Assembly: GCA_964016885.1 (NCBI GenBank)
Contig: OZ024742.1
Location: 182,652,001-182,716,000 of the forward strand
Reading direction: 5' to 3'
DNA: 64,000 nucleotides
Source of the DNA: Eledone cirrhosa
Lineage: Eukaryota
In this document: positions 42,427-55,943 of the stretch, piece by piece
Numbering within the stretch: the stretch's first letter is position 1
Layout of the letters: every line of letters begins with the position of its first letter
Program-made: the position numbers and the translations under genes
The notes under the pieces: model-generated
The model's input: the letters and a program-made list of their open reading frames with translations, nothing else
Told to the model about the DNA's origin: nothing
Databases searched by the model: none

Positions 42427-43116
42427 AATATTTAATTACACAACACTACATGTTTTCAATGCCAATTTTTATGATAAAAACTTCATACTCATCATGGAGT
42501 CTTTTTTAGGCAATATTTTACAGCCGAATACTATCCTGATGTCAGCCTTTTTAGACGGTTCAAGAAAAAGCATTCGGCTGTAAAACATTGCCTCAAAAAG
42601 GAACCAACGATGAACATAAAGCTTGATATGGGACCCGCAAAGCGAACCCCTTATTTAGCAGAGAAATGTAATCACATATTATACCTTATATATCTAAATG
42701 AAGCTAACGTGTTTTGCACGAATCTCTTTTAGTTTTGTGGGTAAATTCTGAATCCAGCACTGTTTTTGATTATATTCTTAAATATGTGTCAGAAAGGTCC
42801 TAAGTTCCCCCGGAAAGTGTTTCTAATACAAAACTTTCTAATCACAAATTTTGAGACAAACATTGGATTTGTCATTAAAAGCTAAAAGATGTATATAACT
42901 TTAGATCTTTGGTTTTTTTTATCCCTCACGGTGAAGGGTATCTATACATAACAAAGTCAGTAATAAAAGCAAAAATAGACTCTCTTCAGTCATAACTCTT
43001 CTAGGTGAAATCTGATGACTGAAAAGAGTAAAAGAGAAAATGTCATAAAATGAGGAATTACATTTACCATGTAGGAACAGATGCAGTTACCATCCATTAG
43101 ATTACACGCACAGCGT

Positions 43117-43324
43117 CCGTTGAGCGTCAGACACCATGCTTTGCCGCATAGAGTTATGGTCCTTTACGTTCTGAGTTCAAATCCCGCCGAAGATAGCTTT
43201 GCATTTCATCCTTACGGGGTCGATAGAATAAAGCACCAGTAAGGTACTGGGGGGCGATTTAATCGACCCCCCCCCCCCCAAAAAAAAAGATGCTAGCCTT
43301 GTGGCTATAAGTAGAAATTATTAA
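43117..43324 (+). mobile_element. 5'-truncated long-variant SINE
   Basis: Consensus match; imperfect TSD attacacgcacagcgt / attacactcacaacgt. Confidence 0.85.
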
Positions 43325-43884
43325 ATTACACTCACAACGTTCCTCTCGACATCATGCTATGATAGAAAACATTCGTCAAATTTGCCACGCTGTGGAATTG
43401 AACCTATAAGCACATCACTCCACTGCATACTACTGAACCACGCAGTCATGACAGCTTAATAAAGTCAAAGTGTTCTGTGATACATTTTAGAATGAATTTC
43501 CAATTTATGTAACAAGTTTTTGGAGAGCAAGTGCGATAAGGTGTGATAGACATTGTAAACATGCTCTAATCATATTAAATACTATCACACACATACCCAC
43601 ACACGTACAAATACATACACCCACACATACACACGAGTGTGCGGGTGTTCCTTTAAAATCATTTTAGGTGTATTAAGCGCTGGTGCTACAGCAGGCATCT
43701 CTGTGTTTATTTTTAGTGTTTAGATATGTTCTTGTCAGTATATGGGAGAGAGGGAAAGATAGAAGGAGTATTTACTTATGTGTTGTGTGAATGTCTTTAT
43801 GATCCACGGCGCACGCATGTGTACGTGTCTGTGAGTGTCAAAAAGATACACTGAGGTCATTTCTTCCATTTGTAAATACGTGCG

Positions 43885-43931
43885 ATGTCTGCCAGCAAGA
43901 TGGCGCCTTCGAGTATGTCACGTGATCCAAT
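43885..43931 (+). promoter_or_regulatory. Candidate promoter/first exon of the BMI1-like gene (YY1/Kozak motif, donor site, E-box, CCAAT)
   Basis: CAAGATGGCG at 43896-43905, GTATGT donor at 43913, GTCACGTGAT at 43917-43926, CCAAT at 43927-43931. ATG GCG CCT TCG A would join the 55936 acceptor in frame. Confidence 0.4.
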
Positions 43932-44299
43932 TTGCAATGTTGACTATATGAAATAGGATATACGTGCATCAATATTGAATTATTTTTGTGTTTACTTGTG
44001 AATAACTAGTGTTTGTAATGGTGATATCAACAGATATCACATTGGTGAAAGATAAATGTGATATATAGTTTTTTTTTTGCCAGTTAGTAACAAACTATCT
44101 GAGTTTTTAGATCTGTGATGAATGAATTTCAAACTGATCAGAATAGCCAAATGTTAAATGTCAATTGAAAGTTTTCAATAGATTTACTCTCCCTCAATAT
44201 ATAACTGGTATGTATTTCCGGATGCGGGATGAACGAAAATCACATTCGAAACAGTTCTGCATATTACAAATTTGACACTCTTTACGTGGTATTTATTAT

Positions 44300-44640
44300 T
44301 TATACGGTCTGAGTTCAAATCCCGCCGAGGTTAACTTTGCTTTAATTCCTTACGGGGTCGATAAAATAAAGTACCAGCAATGTGCTGGGATAATTGCTGG
44401 CCTTGTGCAAAAATTAGAAACAATTATTATTTATTGGGTGATAAGGGCTGAGAATTTTGTAGAATCGTTAGAGCGTCGGAGAGAATGTTTAGTAGTATTT
44501 TGTTAAAGCTATTTACTTTTTGAATTCAAATCCTTCGAAGGTTGATAAAATAAAGTACCAATGACGCACTGAGATCGATTTAATCGGCTGTCCCCTTCAC
44601 ATTTATTGCTGACTTTGTGCCTAAATTAGAAATCATTGTT
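44300..44640 (+). mobile_element. 5'-truncated SINE followed by an older SINE
   Basis: Two consensus matches in tandem. Confidence 0.8.
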
Positions 44641-45423
44641 GAAGCGATAGAGCGATGAATAAATGCTAAATATTGCATGGGTTGCTCTGTTTACAATAGT
44701 AGTCTTAAAAAAGGAAAGACACGTCAGACAGTGTAGTCTGCTCGATATGCAAGATTAGGACACTGCCGCGGCTGACACACATTTCATCATAGACTTAATA
44801 ACAGCAAAAACTAAATTATGGCTCTGACAAGGAGGAGGTTCTATGCGTTTGCTTGGAATGCCATAAATAGCTGCTAAATCTCCCTTAAGTCCATAAAATC
44901 ATACAAATTAAAGAACACATTACATGATGTTATCCTAAATATATGTAGAAAAGGTGTTATGTTCACGGCTGCATTATCTTTGATAATTGATTTACTAAAT
45001 CAGAGCTGTCGATGGTACAGTCACTGCTATGATACCTTTAATCACTGGGCTGTTAAATCTGAGCTGTCGATGGGATGGTCATAACCACAATGTTTTTCAG
45101 CATTAGCGCGCTAAATTTAAGTTGATGATTAGATGATTACAGTTGAAATACCTGCTAAATATAAGCCGAAGTTTGGATGGACACCATTGAAAAGTTAGGG
45201 GTATATTAAATCATAGCACGATGGAGTACCTTAGGTCATAAGTTTACTAGTAACAATGGTGTGGTCACGGCAGAAATATCTTTGAATATAGGTCTGCTAA
45301 CTCAACAACTAGATGAAACTAGATAAATTCGTCATTTAAGAGATTATTCTTATTTTTCTGTTTTATATTTCTGTGTGTGTGTGACTATCCGTGTGAGTGT
45401 ATGTATGTGTGACTATGTGAGTG

Positions 45424-45463
<40 letters not shown>

Positions 45464-45724
45464 TGAATATGTGTGAGTGAGCATGTGAATGTGTGAGTGT
45501 AGTATGTATGTTTGACTATGTGTATATGTGAGTGTGTACATGTGTACGCGCATATGTCTTGGTACCGTTGTTAATTGAAACTGTGTCAATATTTACCCTG
45601 TCACCTCCTCCTCGGCAGTGTCAGCTCTTCACGGAAGATGATGAATTAATCAAATGAAAATCAAAAACAGAAATTACACTATTTTCAAATATAACAAAAG
45701 CAAACATTTAACTGAAGAAATATA

Positions 45725-46375
45725 ACGGTTTCTAATTTAGGCACAACGCCTGCATTTTTTTTTTTTTTTTTTTTTGCCTTGGAAAGGGAAAGTCAATTAT
45801 ATTGACCCAAATACTTAACTTCTGTTATATTTTAGCGACTCCGGAAGGATGACTGGAAAAGTTGACATTGACTAGAATTGAACTGAGAGCGTAAAGAGCC
45901 ACAATTAAATAACGCAAATAGTTTGTCTAACGCACCAACGTTTCTGCCACTCCACCGCTCTTTTAAATTAATTACAAATAATAATTGTTTCTACTTTAGG
46001 CACAAGGCCAGCAATTACCCAGTGCATTACTGGTACTTTATTTTATCGACCCAGTAAGGATGAAAGGCAAAGTCAACCTCGGCGGGATTTGAACTCAGAT
46101 CGTAAAGGGACGTAACTATGCTGGAAAGCATGGCGTCCGACCCTCTACCGATACTGCCAATAATTAATGATTTCTAATTCAGACACAAGGCCAGCAATTT
46201 GGGGAGAAGGAAATGTAGATTATATCGACCTCAGTACTTTACTCGTATTTAATTTTATCGACCCCGGGAGGATGATAGGCAAAATTGACTTCGGCGATAT
46301 TTGAACTCAGAAAATGAAGGGCCGTAAATAAATATGCGCAGTATTTTGCCCGACGCTCTAACGATTCTGCCACAA
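45725..46375 (-). mobile_element. Cluster of three SINE copies (old, young 45980-46162, old)
   Basis: Three reverse-complement consensus matches. Confidence 0.85.
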
Positions 46376-49300
46376 CACTAAAGAACTATAATGAAATGTT
46401 TGTGTTGTTGCTTAGCCAAATCCTCACCAAAAACACCTACCGTTTGTATGATTTTAGGGACTTACGGTGGGATTTGATGAAGATTTGGTAGATATTTCTA
46501 GCAGTTAGAATGACCATGTAGAGGCTCCAGCGTTGTCTCGTATGATGATTGATAAAATCAGCCGGTATAGCTCCTTATCATCCCCACCCTCATATTTAGA
46601 CTAGATTAAATAACTGCTGCTACTAAGGTAACTCGCATAATCTTCAACCAATATTCACGAGCATGACTGTATAGTAAAAAACGTCGCTTTCGAACAACAT
46701 GGTTTTAGTTTGATTGCTACTCTGGGCATATTAAGCGAATATCTCATTCTATAGCTAATTCTTTTTGAGCAAATCGACACCATTTATAAACGCTTGCGGT
46801 AACAATGTTTATGTCCCCTATAAACATCTGGCAGCATAGCAATTCAACGAAGATTTGCCGCTTATACCCTACTTAGAATGTTATACATCGTTGGTGTTAG
46901 AAAGAGCACTTAGTCGTAGAAAACCTGTCTGAAATAGTCCCATCCTAACTCATGCAAAGGCGAACGTGAAAAACTCTAAAAGACTCAATTTTATATAACT
47001 ACCAGAACATTTGAATAAGTTTAAATTCTTCCCACGACATACATCTTAACCAAATTTAATAACATCATCCATATTATATATTTACCCACATAGAATGTAG
47101 GAAGTTGGTATTTTGTTTGTTTTCTTTTTTTCTCTTTTTCGCTTTTTTGTCCATCCAAAGTTCTAAATTACCTCAGACATGGAAATAGTTTATTCGTTAA
47201 AACATCTCTTGAAATTCTTAAACTGTAATCTAATCCAGAGGGTTTTACACTCGAATGATATTCACACCAGATTCTTGTTTATTGTCGTTGACCTGTTACA
47301 AAGATTGCTTGTCACATATTCTCAGCCATACCATTGGTAATGAGGTTAGATGTTGCATAACTAACACATATGTTGTTTATCAGTGATCTGACAAGAATGG
47401 GTGGTGTCAGTGAGCTACACTCAATTAAATCATGTTCTGCATTAGTTCTTAGTCAGTGGTTACCATGTTTTATCTTCCTGCGTTTCCTTATTTTGAAATA
47501 AACAAATATGATGGGTTGTACTAAAAGTAAACCTCAAACCCGTGAAACGTCACTTCGATATATTCTCACTAGTTTGGTTTTGTTTTGTTTATTGGATACT
47601 GTTATTGTAATTTCCTATGCGACGTTCTAGCGAGTCTGCCAATTTGCTGTCCCAATGTATCCTTCAGTCCTACACTTTACTCCACCTCTATTTCACTCCC
47701 ATCCCTATTGAGAACAAATGAGTTATTAAAAAAGAAAAACATTACACCATTTTGTGTTTGTCTTTGGTTGGCAGATAACAAAATCGGCTGAACATCGGAC
47801 AAAATACATTTTGACATTTAGTTACATATCGTTACTGGATATCGTTACACAGGCGCATTTCTAGGTGTTTGTTTTTCCTTATTGGAGAAAAAATATATAT
47901 GTGGACCCATAATTCATGGTGGAGTCGTAATGGCGCCGTCACTTTAAACCTGGTAAAGCCTGTCCCTTCTCTAGGTCGGAACACAGCCGATTTCTTCCAG
48001 AGAGAGAGAGAGAGAGAGAGAGAATCGTCCCCAGTTCTTTTCTGATACTTCCTTTATTATCGACGACCTTGATATGATGAAAGGCAAAGTTGACCTCGGC
48101 AAAATTTTACTCAGAGAGCTAAATGCTAAATTGGAATTGATTATTATTGGGATCATATAAGGCATAGCCATATTAAATCGTTGGAGAATTGAACAAAATC
48201 AATGGGAGAATTTTATTAAGAACCACGATTTTACATTTGTAAACTTAATAAAATAAGCACCAGTACTTTTGTCGATTATTTTGTTATAAATGTATAGTTG
48301 AATGTGTTACAGATATTCATATATATTTTTTGTTAAGTTATTTTTAGTGGCTTAATCAAAGGTAGAAAGACAGCGTGAATGAATCGTTTCAGGATCTGTG
48401 CATCTGGTGGGAGGAAGTTGTTTTCAGACCGGGGTTCTGGCCGGTGTGGACGTTGGTAGGGGCACCCAAGGGAACGCTGGCAGTGTTAAAGTGGATGGTG
48501 AATTACGCTTACTAATCAGAGACGGAAACAGTCCAACCGATGGGCTTCTAAACAGTTTCCTTCTACATGGCGTTCTGTAAAACCATGTAGCTGTGAACTT
48601 CATAACCATACAACCATTAGAGCAAGGCTTTATTATTCATAAAACTAACTAGACTGAAGCCCAAAGATCTGGCAGCGACTAGGAGCTCACCAATTCTTTA
48701 TCCTTTAGTGAGGTGAAAAACTGAAGTAACAAAGAGACCCAAAATACCTGAATACCTAGAGACCCGGTCATTGGTTAATGTGGCCCAACATGACAGCCAC
48801 TACTACTTTAAATTACGCATTAGAAATCTAATAGACAAAAGACTTTGCAATAATTACTTTGCTTCTTAATCATTCGGGAGCGGATAAAATAAGTTCAAGT
48901 CGTGTGCAGGAAAGTGCATGCAGTTGCGACTAAATGTGTGACGTCTCGTGCCTATTTTTAGAGATACGTATTTAGTTATATGGTTTTACGTTTCGAGCTC
49001 AAATCCTACTTGTGTCAGCTTCAATTCATCCATCGCCTAGTGAAATAAGGAACTAATTTCAGTGGCTTTACAACACCACACCAACTTGGTCGCATTTTAC
49101 TAAGCTAAGAAATAGTCATTTGATAAAATATAATTACATTTCTTGTTTTCTCTATTATCGTTAACTGAGATAATTATATTTCAATTTACGATATTTATTT
49201 GAAAACAATGCTAAAGAGAAACAACTAGAAAAATGAGAAGCTGTTAAACGATAAATAACAAGCTGTTTATTCTTAATTGTTGATGCAGTTTACATTTATA

Positions 49301-50585
49301 TATTTTCATAAAATATTGAATTTTAATCAACAGAAAATGAAAATGAATTTTTAATACGATTTTCTTCTTTTGTTACAGTAAATTGATGTTATTTTGAAGT
49401 ACTGTTTAACAAAAAATAATTGTAATTCAGCTATCACATAACAATTAATCATTTTATTTATTTATTGTAAGTAAATTAGAAAAATTGTGGCGAGTTGTTA
49501 GGGGCATCTGATTAAAAATGACACGGTATTTGTTCCGGTTCACTGCAGTCTCAGTTCATATTCTACTGAGGTCAACTTTGCCTTTCATCTTTTCGAGTAG
49601 CTATCAAAGTACCAGCCCAGTACTGAGTCGATTCTTCTCTTGTTATACCTTTCATATTCTCTCTCTCTCGGGCGAAATTGGCTGTATTCAGAGTTAAAAT
49701 ACCCAAGATACGTTGTATGTCAGGACGGCGCCTCTTGGACCCTATTAGGAGTTAAAAGCCCTTTCTATTTACCTTAAATTAGAAACTATGGCAGTTTTGT
49801 AGACACAGTACAACGAAGGACTTCCTGTATTTCGTTTTGTCTTATTACATTACATGAAGGCAGGTTAGAGTGTTGGATTCAGAATCATTAAATCGTGGGT
49901 CGATTCCTAGACTTAGGTGGCGCGTTGTGTTTTTTCTCTCGCTGCTCATCCTGCCTGGAGTTACGACCGGCAGATAGTATCCGGAATGGAGAGATTATGA
50001 TCATCAATGTTTATTATTCGCAGTGTGATCGGAATTAAGTTATCCGTTCATAATATTTTTCTAAAACGAATTCTGCTTTTATAGCATATAGGCGCTTTTT
50101 CAGTTCATATCAATAGAAGGCTAGAGTATATACAAAATAAACATCTATATACAAAACATACATCTAAATATATTCCCAAAGGTAAGCTAGAGAAGATTGC
50201 TAAGGAAGATTGGCAACCAAACTAAATAATTTGTGTCTCCTATTTATGAAATATATTCATTCTTTTATGGAAAGCTTAATGCGAAAATACTGTGATCGTT
50301 GGTACATATTTACGAAACAATATTTATTGGTATTCACTTCGAAAACAATATAGGCCACATCTAGACATATTCGACTTAAACAATAGCGGTGTATATATTA
50401 TCTCATATTTACATATAAACAGACATCAGCAAAGGTATTATCAGAACGCCGGCGGGATACAGTAACATTTATCTAACGCAATGACAGTGAGCGGTAGTGA
50501 ATATTTATTAGTTTGTCACATAAATTAACAACACACCAAGAAAAGCTTTAACATTGTGATCGTACACACACAGATACCACTCCCA

Positions 50586-50654
<69 letters not shown>

Positions 50655-50753
50655 TATACTTAAAGCAATACATAATGTCATAATATTTTAACGCTTCAGA
50701 AAATTGCAAAAAAAAAAAAAAAAAAAAAAAAGGTGGGAACAATTGCCATCAGA

Positions 50754-50829
50754 AGTCGTTTAGCTCAATAGCTGGAGCACTCGGCCGAAATTTGAGAGAT
50801 AAAGAGTTCGATGCTCAGTTGCAACAACT
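50754..50829 (+). pseudogene. Degenerate tRNA-like sequence (GAA anticodon, Phe-like); a more decayed copy at ~51007-51080
   Basis: D stem gctc/gagc, anticodon arm ctcgg-ccGAAat-ttgag, T loop gagttcgatgctc, acceptor agtcgtt/aacaact with one mismatch; T stem imperfect with extra bases. Confidence 0.45.
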
Positions 50830-51496
50830 GGCCACATTTTTCTTCCACTCCGAAGCTATTATTTATAGTAATCGACTGTGGTTACAATTATTTTCTGCGT
50901 TTGGGATTCCTATATTTTCTAAAAGTTTCAAAACTTCCCAACTCCCCGATAGTCTATATAGAGATGCTCAGCACCTTATCTAATTCAGACGAATTTGTTT
51001 ATCAGAATTCGTTTGGCACAATAGCTAGAGCATTCAGCAAGAAATTGAGATATGCAGAGTTCGATTTTCGCAGGGGCAGCTGTATCTACAAACACGCATA
51101 CACACACACACATACACATATATAATTTTGTGTGTTTTTATGTATGTGTGTGTACTTGCGCCTCTCTGTTTACCTTTGTGTCTGCCTGTTTATATCCATA
51201 ACTTAGTGGTTCTACAAAAAGGAGATCGATAAAAGTAAGTTACACACGCGAATATATATATATATGTGTGTGTGTATGTGAGTGTGTAGATCCCCGAGTT
51301 GTATCGGGGGCTATACACAAATTTAAAAATTTACTCAACATATTGGTAGAGTACAGACATCTAGATGTATAGAAATAATAATCATCATCATATATACCTC
51401 CCCACTCTCAAGCGTGAACCTAATACTTGACACCTTTCGTAACCTGTACTCCTTGTTGTTATTTACTTTTCCAATATATATATATATATATAGTAT

Positions 51497-51685
51497 ATAG
51501 GAACGAGTAGGACCCCGACGGCTGAGCTCAAGCCGTTTCGACGGCTAATTCTGGACTCCAGAATTAGCCGTCGGGAGCTCAGCCGTCGGGGTCCTACTCG
51601 TTCCTATTACCCACTCTACTACCCTAAGTATTGAGTACTTTGGTGCGTTATGGTCCATCTGGTTCCTTACCACATTTCCTTCGTT
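51497..51685 (+). mobile_element. Penelope-like terminal element with internal palindrome, in (TA)n
   Basis: Arms 51497-51555 and 51557-51607 (right arm has a small deletion); same family as 37994-38182; enclosed by another 37 bp inverted repeat (51440-51476 / 51701-51737). Confidence 0.7.
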
Positions 51686-51735
51686 ATATATATATATATA
51701 TATTGGAAAAGTAAATAACAACAAGGAGTACAGGT

Positions 51736-51766
<31 letters not shown>

Positions 51767-51867
51767 TATATATATATGTATATGAAATTTGAAATGTGGT
51801 CATCCTAACACTAATAATTATAACAATAGTTGATCACTAAAATCAACAGTTGAGAAGATCGGATAAA

Positions 51868-51913
51868 GTGCTTCTGAAGATGGGAAAATGTGAACAGAAA
51901 CGCGTATGAGGAC
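51868..51913 (+). ncRNA. Minimal type I hammerhead-ribozyme-like motif (Penelope type), degenerate
   Basis: gtgctt CTGAAGA tg..ca GAAA CGCG TA tgaggac: core boxes, palindromic minimal stem III, partial stem I. Confidence 0.5.
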
Positions 51914-54209
51914 TCAGAACTCTGGTTAATGTTTGATATATTATATAATATTTATATAATAAATCTAAAATCCCGTCGACGGCTGTGAGAATACAATAAT
52001 ATAAATTTCTAGAATATCCACGGCTCTTCGTGACAGTTTCTCGAATGACTTACATATGTAAATTTCTAGCTATTATTCTAGTCTTAAATACAAGAAGTAC
52101 CATCTTTGAGTTTGCAATCTCTCGTAGTTCATAACCTGCTTTAAGGAAGCAATCAGTTGAATTGCTTCCACTTCATTAGTAAATTTGAGAATAATTTGTT
52201 TTCTCTAGAACAAACATAACCTCAAAATCTTCTCTGAATTCTTCCCGTTAATCGTGTGTGCATGTTATTGATGTAGTTACCATTTTAATAGTATGCATAT
52301 AAAACAATGTATAATTACACATTGTAATTTCATGGTTCCGCACAGATTCTAACTCTGGTATTGGAGGTTATCATGGTCTAATGAATGTTCAATGCCTGGT
52401 AGCGATGTGATTGAAGCATTCAAGCAGCGAATTGATACTTTCATTAACTCATGTGTATGTAGCGTTGAGTTGTTCCTATAGACTATTAACATTATCATAA
52501 TTATTGCTATTTTGAAATCAGTATTTCTATTGAGAATGGCTGCTCTGATAGCTATAGATATAACCAAGAGAGCTATGGACGCAAGATACTTCCCGGGAGC
52601 ACTCAACTCAAAACTTTCAACATATTTTTTCTTAATATGTACATGCCATTGGCTGCGTCGACTTAAACACTCAATTAGTTTTTCAGCTATGCCGAAATGA
52701 CGTAACTAGTGGTGTATTATGCTATGATCAAATTTAGGGGAAGCTTTTACAATGCGCAGGTATATAACTTCTACGTTTGATTGGTTATGCAGCTGCTTTA
52801 ACATTCAATCAATAATCTGCGGCAGCTGTTTGAGGCATCTTCTAGCTGGAGGGAAATCGTGCTAGGTGTTATTTAATACACCATTTGCCTCTAAGGACAT
52901 AATCAATTTCTCGATAATAATTCGTTCCATGAAATTGCTGGTAAGTCAATCAGATAGACAGGTATTCATATTTAGCATCTGCTCTGTTTCCTCCATTGTG
53001 TAGAAATATATTAAATATACTTTAGGTTTTGAGGGAGCTTACCATATTCAAATTTGGAAATGTATCTGATGTGGTTTGGTATAAAGTCATTTAGAAATAT
53101 ATCAGTTTATAAATACCTATTGCACGGTTTAGCCTATATTCTATCTAAGAAATATGTTATATATTTTATGAAAATATAATTGCTGGTTACCATCAAAGGC
53201 ATAGTTAGAGTTTGTTCCATTCATGATGACCCCTAGTTTGCCTCCCATCACTAAGGAAACCCATAACACATTCCGCAAGGGGTATGTGATGTCTACTGTC
53301 AGATAGCTAGGTCCGATTCCTTAGTTTTTTTCTTTCCTTTCTATGGGGCGGTTTATGTTCCTATTGTTAGTAATATTGCTACGGAGACAGCTTCTACTAC
53401 GGTCCTACTCCATGCTTGTCCAAGGTTCCAAATTGTTGCTGTGTGGATCGTTTTTACCTCCGTCAGTATCATGTGTAGTATTTCTGTTAACGCAATAAGC
53501 TAGTGGTTGATATGTGCAGTGTTTATCTATTTTAGAGTAGTCGCTTCTGTCGTTTCGATTGTTTCTATCCATGAGTATAGGTCCGTTGTCACAAATAAGG
53601 GTTTTATATATACTGGTGCGTATGTTATTTTTTCCTTATATACTGCTCTAGCTAGTGAATCATGTTAGTCATCTGTTTTTCTGTGGAAAAGTTCACGGTT
53701 CGCAGAAAACATAGAAATGTTCTTATATACACTGTTAACTACAGCCTTAGTTTCAGCACTTGTCTGACGACAATGCATTATATAACAATTACATAAGGCA
53801 TTTATAATGCCTTTAAAATGTACATAACTGATGTGATGAAATATTGAAGTTGAATATGTAAAACCGACTTTCTTCTTTCTTGATATCCATATGAGATACC
53901 TGAATTCTTACTGTAGTAAACCTATAATTTCTTACACCAACAGCTTGCTGGGGAGGGGTATGCAAATGGTAACACATTTTTATATCTCTAATTATGGAGA
54001 AAAATATAGCGATTGTCGATTGAAATGTTTACTTCAGCATCGAGATTAATAACCCGAAAAAAAATGTAGGTTTACCTAGAATAAATGATATTTTAGATTA
54101 ACCAAGATACGCTATGCTACACATGAAATAATATGTGCTTTGGGGAGGAGTGAATGTATATACATACATATATATATATATGTGTGTGTGTGAGTGTGTA
54201 TGTGTGTGG

Positions 54210-54241
<32 letters not shown>

Positions 54242-54242
<1 letters not shown>

Positions 54243-54563
54243 ATTTATTAAAATAACAGATTAAAGTTTAAGCAAAGAATCGCTGCTTAATTTATTTACA
54301 TTATTCTTAACTCCGAAGCCGAGAATCATTCGGTTTCCTAAATAGAATATTAGTCTACGACTCCGTTTATACCATAGACGTGGTTTTATCTTTGCGTGTA
54401 TTTATTCTCACAGCTCCACATAACGACGTATTATCTTCGTTTTTTTCCTTCGGTTGCAACATTTTTCGAAATACAGATTGATTTGTTTTGTTTCAGAAGA
54501 TCCCGTTAAGGGTGAAAGCAGCGATTCTTTGCTTAAACTTTAATCCGTTATTTTAATAAATAA
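54242..54563 (+). mobile_element. Element with ~47 bp terminal inverted repeat embedded in (TA)n (Penelope-like or MITE)
   Basis: Arms 54242-54288 and 54516-54563; the right end cagaagatcccgttaag..tgaaag.agcgattctttgcttaaac recurs at 37903-37968. Confidence 0.65.
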
Positions 54564-54738
54564 ATATATATATATATATATGTGTGTGTGTGTATGTGTG
54601 TGTGTGTATATATACATATATGTATATATATATATACATATATATATATACATACATATATATATATGTATATATACATATCATACATATATATATATGT
54701 ATATATACATACATATCATACATATATATATACATATA

Positions 54739-54825
<87 letters not shown>

Positions 54826-54940
54826 GTGTGTATATATACATATATATACAAATAGATATATACATATATATACAGGTAGATATATATAGATATATATATA
54901 TACATATATACATGTATATATATATATACATGTATGTATA

Positions 54941-55428
54941 CAGCTTGAGATCTGTGTGAAAGCCGGACCTTCGTAAAGACCTGAAAATCCGCCTCTTCAT
55001 TGCTGTAGTAGAGTCTGTGCTTCTGTACGGATCTGAGACTTGGACACTGACCAAGAAACTCACTCAGATGGTGGATGGGTGCTACACGAGAATGCTGAGG
55101 ATGGCTCTGAACATTAATCAGTATACACTGAGGATGAAAAACTCAGAGCTGTATGGGAGCCTCCCAAAAGTCAGCTCAAGGGGGACACAGAGGAGACTGA
55201 GGCTAGCTGGACATGCTCACCGACATCCAGAGTTGACATTGCACTCAGTGGTTCTGTGGGAGCCCCTACATGGACACAGTGGAAGAGGAAGACCAAGGTT
55301 AACGTATGTTGATGCCCTAAGGACAGACACTGGTCTGTTAGAGACGCAGGACATGGCAGCTATAATGAGGGACAGAGACCGCTGGAGAGAACCCGTCCAT
55401 GGATCTCGGGAATTTTACCCGCCCTAGA
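54941..55428 (+). mobile_element. RTE-like LINE 3' fragment inserted in (TA)n, within the BMI1-like upstream intron or flank
   Basis: [54 protein letters not shown]. Confidence 0.9.
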
Positions 55429-55447
55429 CATACATATATGTACATAT

Positions 55448-55517
<70 letters not shown>

Positions 55518-55614
55518 TGTGTGTGTGTGTGTGTGTGTGTGTACATATACATATTTAATATAACATAAAGATGTGGCAGCTTTATAAAAAGGTTCAAACT
55601 TACACATATATATA

Positions 55615-55659
<45 letters not shown>

Positions 55660-55943
55660 GAGAGAGAATATCTATGTGTGTGTGCGCGTGCGTGCGTATG
55701 CGTTTATGTATTACCTTTGCCACTTCAAACCTCGACATGGTTGACTTTACTGTTCGTCCTATTGTTCTTGGATCTAAGAAGTCCCATCCCTCATACTTGT
55801 ATTGATTAAGTTGACTATATCCCCCCACCCCCACCCCCACCCCCACCCCCACCACCACTTTTATTTATTTATACATACTCTTTCTCTTTTTTTGACTTTG
55901 GAATGTTCAATTCAATTTCTTTTTTCTCATTTCAGTTGTGGAA

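Noticed and set aside
50754-50829. Functional tRNA-Phe gene
   Set aside because: The T stem is broken, extra bases precede the acceptor 3' strand and the anticodon loop lacks U33; kept only as a pseudogene-like feature.
52100-53900. Possible decayed Penelope RT/GIY-YIG ORF on the minus strand (GIYKL near 53110)
   Set aside because: Motif spacing is wrong and the frames are riddled with stops; it cannot be supported without a profile search.
55017-55427. 136-aa ORF as a host gene
   Set aside because: It is an RTE-like LINE C-terminal fragment with an in-frame stop upstream and microsatellite flanks.
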